DNA of 64,000 nt. Origin: Octopus vulgaris (lineage: Eukaryota). Numbering within the stretch: the first letter of the stretch is position 1; every line of letters begins with the position of its first letter. A model generated the notes under the pieces. The model was not told the DNA's origin and did no database searches. It saw only the letters and a list, made by a program, of their open reading frames with translations. Below are positions 56,204-64,000 of this stretch, piece after piece. The position numbers were made by a program, and so were the translations under genes. The stretch is from NCBI GenBank assembly GCA_951406725.2, contig OX597815.1, forward strand, positions 170,376,001 through 170,440,000, written 5' to 3'.

Positions 56204-56446
56204 GTATATATTTTCGTATGTATGTGTTTATATATTTTATGTGTCTGTGTTTGTCCACCCAATATCGCTTGACAACCGATGCTGGTATGTTCACGTCCCC
56301 GTAACTTAGCGGTTCGGCATAAGAGACCGATAGAATAAGTACTAAGCTTACAAAGAATAAGCTCTGGGGTCGATTTGCTCGACTAAAGGCGGTGCCCTAG
56401 CATGGCCGCACTCAAATTACTGAAACAAGTAAAAGAGTAAAAGAGA
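55985..56446 (+). mobile_element. Family-B SINE, full length
   Basis: gtggctgtgtagtaagtagcttgcttaccaaccacatggttccgggttcagtccc ... tgaaacaagtaaaagagtaaaagag. Confidence 0.94.
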
Positions 56447-57200
56447 GAAATAGTATATATCACATCCTCTCTCTTTTCACCTCCATCTCTCTTTCATTTT
56501 ATGATTCAAATCACTTTTTCCGATGACTGCTTTTTTTCTTGGGCTCTAAGTTTTATTATTTGGCATGAATTTCTTTTGATCTGTCGCCACCAACGTAGGA
56601 TTTATGCTAGATCTAGAACAACATAGAGCATTATCTCTCTGGTTTCTTGTTAATCGTTAAAAATTCCTTGCTAAGAGAAGTTGATGCTTAATTTCCTCTG
56701 TAACTTGGCACTGTATTTTGTCCCTTTTGGCCATATGAGCTAACTTTTCTTTTCATTTTTATTCTTGATGTTCCACAGAACTCGGACGAACTTGGGCGAG
56801 TGTGGAAATCTGTTGACTAATGCGACAAAACTACTTTTGCACACTCGTTTAAATGGTGAGAGTCTTTAATAATCTTGCATGGGCCTTCTGTGTGTTCTAC
56901 CCGGAGTCTTTGCCTAATTTTTCGTTCGGGTATTCAAATGTCCTCAAATGAAATATTTAAAATAATTTACAGGAACGACTACCATGTGTGAGATACAGAC
57001 AGATGGGACCATGCATGATTGATATGATGAATGAAAGAAATTCATGGTGAAGTAGCCAACATTATAAAAGCTGTATCTAGAAAGCAGATCTTTTATTGAA
57101 GATCAATTCTCAGCCAAGCGAAATAAAAGGTCTAATCTTTTGTGAACCAGTGTCGATATAAACACGTCGCTTTTTCGCACCTACACACACAGGCACGTAT

Positions 57201-57258
<58 letters not shown>

Positions 57259-57319
57259 GGGAGAATTAACAAAAAAAAAGACGAAGACAGGTGGTGTAGA
57301 CAACAAACAGATGTATTAG

Positions 57320-57524
57320 TATAACGCTCGGGAAGTGAAAAAGTCTTTAACGTTTCGAGTCTACTCTCTTCCACAGAAGGGAACACACAAAGAAACAAGG
57401 CGAGAAAATAAAGAATGTGTAGTGGCTAGTGATCTATATATCGCCTTCTTTCTTTGTGTGTTCCCTTCTGTGGAAGAGAGTAGGCTCGAAACGTTAAAGA
57501 CTTTTTCACTTTCCGAGCGTTATA
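57320..57524. repeat. ~84-bp inverted repeat of a PLE-type terminal sequence (arms 57320-57403 and 57441-57524)
   Basis: tataacgctcgggaagtgaaaaagtctttaacgtttcgag...aaggcga is the reverse complement of tcgcctt...ctcgaaacgttaaagactttttcactttccgagcgttata. Confidence 0.92.
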
Positions 57525-57544
57525 TATATATATATATATAAAGT

Positions 57545-57740
57545 TAATCCAAACATGAAAACACAAAGAGAAAACACAACAACGCGAGGACGTGGAACAA
57601 GTATAGTATTATTGGACGCTCAGGAAAGAAGGAGGGTTTAACGTTTGGAGCGGAGCTCTTCGTCAGAAACATAGGAAAAGGAAAGATCCAAAGAAGGGAA
57701 GACGGAGGAAAAAAATCGCCAACGGTACACACGCGGTCAC
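57545..57740 (-). mobile_element. PLE-type terminal repeat (third copy; GAAAC mutated to CAAAC)
   Basis: Homologue of 28140-28293. Confidence 0.8.
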
Positions 57741-58433
57741 GGCGAATCTACCTATTTCTCCGTAGATAAAACGACGATGATCTGTAATCAGGTTTCGATC
57801 TTTATTGGATTTTCATCAAAGATGTCTAAATCTCTTGACAAATACGAGAGAAAAATACCCAATCTCTTTATCTCTTTATATACATAACAAATCCATTAGC
57901 TTCAGAGAACTGGATCAGCTAATATGAATACTATGAATATTTAAGACATTGTATATTATTAGGTGTCTCTCAACGGGATTTCACTTCATGCAGTATCAAG
58001 GTATGATAACATATGTTTACATCTATTATACCATGCTTTTTTACTGAGTTGTGGCTGACTTAGAAATTCCGTGCAGCATGTAATCCTCATTAAAGTAATC
58101 TCAGCCTGACGAATAGCTACGCTGAGAAGAGTTCATCGTGAATTGACATAAATGAAGAAGATAAGGACGTATCGATTAACGCGAGTAAAATGTATCTAAA
58201 GAATTGAAATTTTCAGTTTATTGAGTATACAGTTTTCGCAATGAATGAAAAATAAATAAGCAAGGACCTTGTTGTTGCTTAACAGTCGACATATATTCCG
58301 AAAAGCATTGAAGTCGAGGCCATTGAATTTTTAAGATAGTTTTTGTTAGACCCTCTTATGCAACCAATCCTTTCTATTACGATAAGGAATGGAGTACGAT
58401 TTGGTTGCTCTATGCTGTATGTAGAGCACTTAC

Positions 58434-58457
58434 ATAGAGGTTCTTCCACTCTCTTCC
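58434..58457 (-). other. Candidate 24-nt microexon
   Basis: Minus strand tcaattttttacag|ggaagagagtggaagaacctctat|gtaagt. Confidence 0.45.
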
Positions 58458-58700
58458 CTGTAAAAAATTGAATTCTTGATTGAATCGATCTCAGTGAACG
58501 ATTGCAACATATGTTACTGACCACGGAATAGACAGAAGCAAAAACCAATTCAATAAAATTGGAACCCGGTATGTATAATTTCAAGTCTAAATATGGTATT
58601 CCTTCTGATCTTGTGACTGAGTTTGTTAAATCATATTTCACTCCTATCGTATTAAAAATAACAAAACAAACAAATAAAGGAATTTCATAAATTATCTTAC

Positions 58701-58765
58701 CTTTACAGTAAAATTGTCTTTCTTGAACCATTATTTATTTTCGTTCGGTTATTTTTTTTACTTTT
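58701..58765 (-). other. Candidate 65-nt exon
   Basis: Minus strand ttattgcatttatcctag|aaaagt...ctgtaaag|gtaaga. A further donor (tc|gtaagc) at 58858 would give a 93-nt upstream intron. Confidence 0.42.
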
Positions 58766-60559
58766 CTAGGATAAATGCAATAACTACTAGTAATTTGTTG
58801 GGATAAATTATTGCGATCTGCTTCTAGCCGGAGCAAAATGGCAATTTCAATTGCTTACGATTCACTGTTTGAGTAATTTCGATTCTATTATATCAGTAAT
58901 AACATTATAAATATGGGGATTTGTATTCATATAAGAAAACTTTGTCTAAATTATTTAGCGAAAAATATGAGGAAGCAGCTATCGGCATTGATCAATGCTA
59001 AAAGTAATATTTTCTTAATGTTTATTTTAATCTTCTATCTGTTGTTAAAATACCCAATTTTAGCTACATTAATAGCATTGACGATGATGGGAAATAAACA
59101 GAAACGCTACGTAAAATATTTAATAGTATTTGAATGTTAACCAATAATTTATATATGCAGGAGAAAATGAATCATAATACAGCTTTATGTATCAAACGTT
59201 TCAATTAGATATTTCTCGATAACAAGAATCGCGAAGAAAATTCTAAACATATTTCATTTTCAGAACCACCACGGTGGTCATGGCAACAACAATAACAACA
59301 ACAACATCGCCGGCAGCAGAGACGAAGTGATTTAATCATAACCGATAATTGAATGTGCTTATAACAACAAATGATTTATAGTGGATGATTTATTTTCCAA
59401 TGTAGTTATATTCCTTGCCATTCTATGTATTTTTCTTCTTTGGTTTGAAAAATTCGAAGGCTGAGTTTTCTGTCTTTATTATCAAGAAATTGCTTTGATA
59501 AATCTATCTTAATTGGGATTGGATCTTTATGCCGTAATTTGGACAAAAATGCATCTTTGCACTTGAGATCATTAATGAGCAACCAATTAAAGTATTTGTA
59601 GGGATAATTTTAAATAATGTTCAATCAAAGGCGGCAAATTTTGGCATGTGTCCAATGAAACGCTTCGTCATATCTCGTTTAGGTTCCTTTTCGTTCTTAG
59701 TTCAAATCCTACTCATCGTGACCTCACATTTCTTTCTCATGCTGATGATGATAAAATAAGTTCGCGATAAAGTAATGAGATTGAGATAATCGAATAAAAT
59801 CCCTCCCTTAAGTGCCTCAATACTGATGCAGTTGAAAGAGTAGAACCAGTACAATATAGAATTAGTATGTTCTTTTTCATTGATTTGATAATTGTATCGT
59901 ATAGGAATGTTCTAGTTCTAGTAAGCATACATTTCTGTCGCTGTTAAAACAGTTACTATAAGGTTTACTTGTTTCAAAGCACCCTTTACATAAACCTGTC
60001 TTGTGTCTAAATATAAGTGGCATAGTTGTGATGTAGGTTACTGGAAATTTTATATATTGGTGAAAATGTCGACACTTTCATAAATATTTATCAAAATTTG
60101 GCATATTACATTATCAGCATCCTAGATATATGTAAGCAGAATAAATTGAATTACATTTTAGCCAGGAACACCTTTGCATAAAATTTACTGTAGCGGTGAA
60201 ACTCTAAACTTCATAGAACATTGACTTTATCCTTGAGATCACCGTTTCAACTACTTGAGTTTTATAACACTAAATGTCATCGTAAAAACAGCAAAATAGT
60301 ATCAGTTAGCATTGGATCAAGGGAAATAATTCGAATAAAAAAATCTTGAGTTTTCTTCCGCGCAGTTTAATGCAATGCACATGCGAGGAACTCACCAAAC
60401 TTCAGGGTGTATATAACTGAGATTTAATGCTTGTCTAAATGTTCATTTGGATGCCTGGTCTTTCTTGAATTTTTCTGCTGTTTTGCAGGTGAATCAATAG
60501 AAAATAGTAAAATAATCACCCCCAAAACGGTATTCAATAATTACTGGACCTTTTCCCTA

Positions 60560-60990
60560 TGTTAGGTCGGTGCATCGACTAGTTTTTCGTCCACTTTAAC
60601 ATCTGGAGGCTCTCTCTGAAAACTTAACACCACTCAGTCTGAAATCATTGTACTGTGCATACTCCAACATTAGATAATCTCATCTCAAAGTCAATTGCCA
60701 AGCAGTCACCGTTTTGTGCCCTGACCTGTATTAGGCTGAGCCTTCCAGCATCTTCACAACCCCACCTTTTAACTCTTCACCATCTGAACCCACGCTCAAC
60801 ATCAGTAACTTGTGTCTTCCATTGACTTTAACATTATTGTCCACGCTCCAAACACACAAATCTGACAATCGTCTTATTTTCCAATTAAATCACAGAGATC
60901 ATATCCAAATACATTGATCTCATGCTCCCACTCTTCATAACTTGCTTCCCTTCCTGCAGTCATGATATCAACCATGCTCCTGTGTTATAT
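60560..60990 (-). mobile_element. Possible highly decayed RTE-like LINE 3' region
   Basis: CT-rich plus strand; weak minus-strand fragment WGCEDAGRLSL...QNGDC. Weak resemblance only. Confidence 0.25.
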
Positions 60991-61349
60991 GAACAATGAA
61001 TATATCGAAACGTTTAGTGTTGCCCTACCGACTTTTACAGTCACAAGAACTTGCTTTCGGAGTTGTTTCAAAATATCACGCACTTTTTGAGAATCCTGAA
61101 GTATATATGAGTTATACTATTTAGAAACTATTCGATTGACGTGGTTTCAGTTTCAGTTAATTTTCTTTTAAATAGCTTTGTTCTGAAGGCTTCTCAGACA
61201 CTCCTGCCCCAGTGAGATCACTAGAATTCTTTCTTAGTGAGTTCTGAAAGATATACCGAGTGATGCAGCCAAAATCTGATGACAGTCTTTAAAACGCACG
61301 CGATCCTTATATTTATTTTATATATGAATACATTGAGCATCATATATCA

Positions 61350-61745
61350 AGAATTTAGGTAAAAATCAGGAGTTATGAGGGGAGAGCATAGTCGATATCA
61401 TCAACTCGAGTACTTGACTGATATTTTATTTGGTAGAAAATTGTTTCAGATCTCTAGGCAGGATTTGAAATCAGAGCATAAAGACTTCCAACAAATTCTG
61501 TAAGATATTTTCTCCAACGTTTCTATCGAAGAAACTGTCACCATATCAAATTTGCTATTAAATTACAAAGCCAGTAAATTTCAGAAGGGGATATATTGAT
61601 ACTATTGATCTTAGTACTTGACTGATCCTTAATGGTATCAACCTCAAAAGGATGAAAGACGAAGATGAGCCTGGCAGGATTTGACCTCAGAATGTAAAGA
61701 GTAGGAAGAAAAAACACAAAGTATATTTTCCGAGTCTCTGGCGAC
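61350..61745 (-). mobile_element. Two degenerate family-A SINEs
   Basis: ggcaggatttgaaatcagagc and aaaggatgaaagacgaagatgagcctggcaggatttgacctcagaatgtaaa. Confidence 0.7.
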
Positions 61746-62297
61746 ATATATAAAAAAGATTGCCTCTAAAATATACATACAGATATACACATATATACAT
61801 ACATTTTCAGATTTTACATAAATTATGTTAAATATCATATGAAAATATCAATATTTATCTTACTGAATTATAGATGAATACCTCTCATTATGTAACGTCG
61901 TATATTTAACATCTTACTTAAACTGTGTTCGACTTCGAATTTGTCTTTCATTCCACTATTGTAAGGAAAAGGGCTAAATACTTTTGACAACACTTATCGT
62001 TAAATAATTTATGGCTTTTGAAAGTTTCAGAAAAAAATATTAACTCATAGAAATTTAGAAATAAGTAAATCTAATATGCTTTTATGTGTAATGTGTAGGT
62101 TTACATATATGTATGCTAACTCATATAAATATGTGAGATATGATATGAATAACTCATAGGAATATGGCAGCAAATACAAATTCGAATAAACATATATTTC
62201 GGTTCCGCTACTAAATATATAAATGTACGTTTAATTATTATCAAAGTACAATAAAATAAAGTGACTCAGGAATTATTCTCGACAGAAACACAACGTT

Positions 62298-62612
<315 letters not shown>

Positions 62613-64000
62613 GTGAAAACAAGTACTATATAATAGAAATACACGAACAAATATATTGTAGATGCATGGCTCGTATACGATAAATATTAATTAAAAACTT
62701 TGACACAAAGAATCAAATTCAAATGAATTCGAATCATTGGTGTTATTTTATGAGTACTGGAGACACGAAAAGCAGAGTCAATATTAGTAGGATTTTAAAA
62801 TTTGACCACATATTACAGGAGTAACCACTGCAAAATATTTTGTCTGCTACTCTGTTGTTTCTTCCATTTGACAGCTGCCCATCACCCATCCAATTGATAT
62901 TAGACGTAATTAAGGCGAAGAACGAAGAGTAAATGTAGGCTACTTATATTCACTTAATCTAGTTTCAAGTTTTTGCATCAAATTAGCATGGGAATTCGCT
63001 TGTATTAACGAGTTATCTACATAATAATGCTTTTATCGACTACATCTGTGTTATAATATGGATTCATTGTCAAAAGCTCTATTTAAACTCCCAATCCAAC
63101 CTTCCAGAATTAACAAATGTATGTAAAAATTTTATATATGATAGCTAATTAATTCGAGCTTTTGAATGATAAGTGATTTAGTCAAGAGCACGGTGCTATA
63201 CCGTTGTAAAATTCAGTTGTGTTGTTGGCTCTCTCTATCTGAGATTTCCAACTATTCCTTGAATGTTGCGGTAAATTTCATATTCCTCACTTTTATTACA
63301 GAACATTATATTGCTTTCTATATCTATAAAATTTTATCGTAATTTAATTTATCAATCTTAGGATTTCACGCTAAGTGTAGGCAGATCATTCACTACTTAT
63401 ATTTGATGCGTGATCTCTTTACTCCAAAATGTCAGGCGATAATACAATGTGTATTTGTGAAACGCAAATACAAACGTCTGCATTTTCTGATAGACAAATA
63501 TCTATAGATGCATGCCAATATACTAGACCGACAATATTACCTGTTATTTCTATTTTTAAAGCAATGTTTTTCTATTTTAAGCTATTCTATTCTATTTATT
63601 TATCTATTTTACGTATACACATTCAGATTTTGATTGAGTTGTCGGAAGATGACATCTATGACAATCAAACCGTTCCAAACAGGCGACGTCATTGCTGTTG
63701 GTGTTTAAAGAGAAATCTTAAAAGTTTTTACTTATGTGGGATCGCGTACAGAAATACAGTCGTCGGTGATTCCCAATACATAAAAAAAATCATTTAGCAA
63801 ATTGTTTATTGTGGGCTTTGGTGAAGCAGAGACGGTAAGAAGGACAATAGGAAGAAAAGGTCATTGCATCAGGCGCGTTTTAACAGAAGTACAACACTTT
63901 GTAATGCAAGGAAGATGTTAGTGCAGTGCACTTTTGGTAAGAGAATCTTATCTAGATGGTCATAATGTGGATACTTTGTGAAACGTTTGTGTATGTAGGA

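Noticed and set aside
58279-58731. 150-aa ORF MVQERQFYCK...
   Set aside because: It spans strong donor and acceptor sites (58700, 58458, 58433) and has no recognisable domain; better explained as small exons plus intron.

Overview
AT-rich, repeat-dense animal genomic DNA. The two dominant tRNA-derived SINE families and the (TA)n/(CA)n/(TATG)n tracts look like an octopod cephalopod genome; this is recognition from memory, not a search result. I found no intact protein-coding gene, and most long ORFs in the track are microsatellite translation artefacts. The window holds relics of hAT, maT/Tc1-mariner, Helitron, Penelope-like (PLE), Tx1/L1, CR1 and RLE-type LINE elements. It also has many SINE copies, including multimers with target-site duplications, and about ten PLE-terminal hammerhead-ribozyme motifs. 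The best candidate for something new is a ~5.6 kb decayed reading frame on the minus strand (1-5650). Its hand-translated fragments line up in order with landmarks of a negative-strand RNA virus L polymerase (motif A-like, SDD motif C, post-C block, capping-region-like motifs). That points to an endogenous viral element from a divergent Haploviricotina-like virus. A chain of canonical GT-AG exons on the minus strand (58.9 kb to 30.8 kb) suggests a spliced, probably non-coding, transcript. All protein calls come from manual translation and remembered family motifs.
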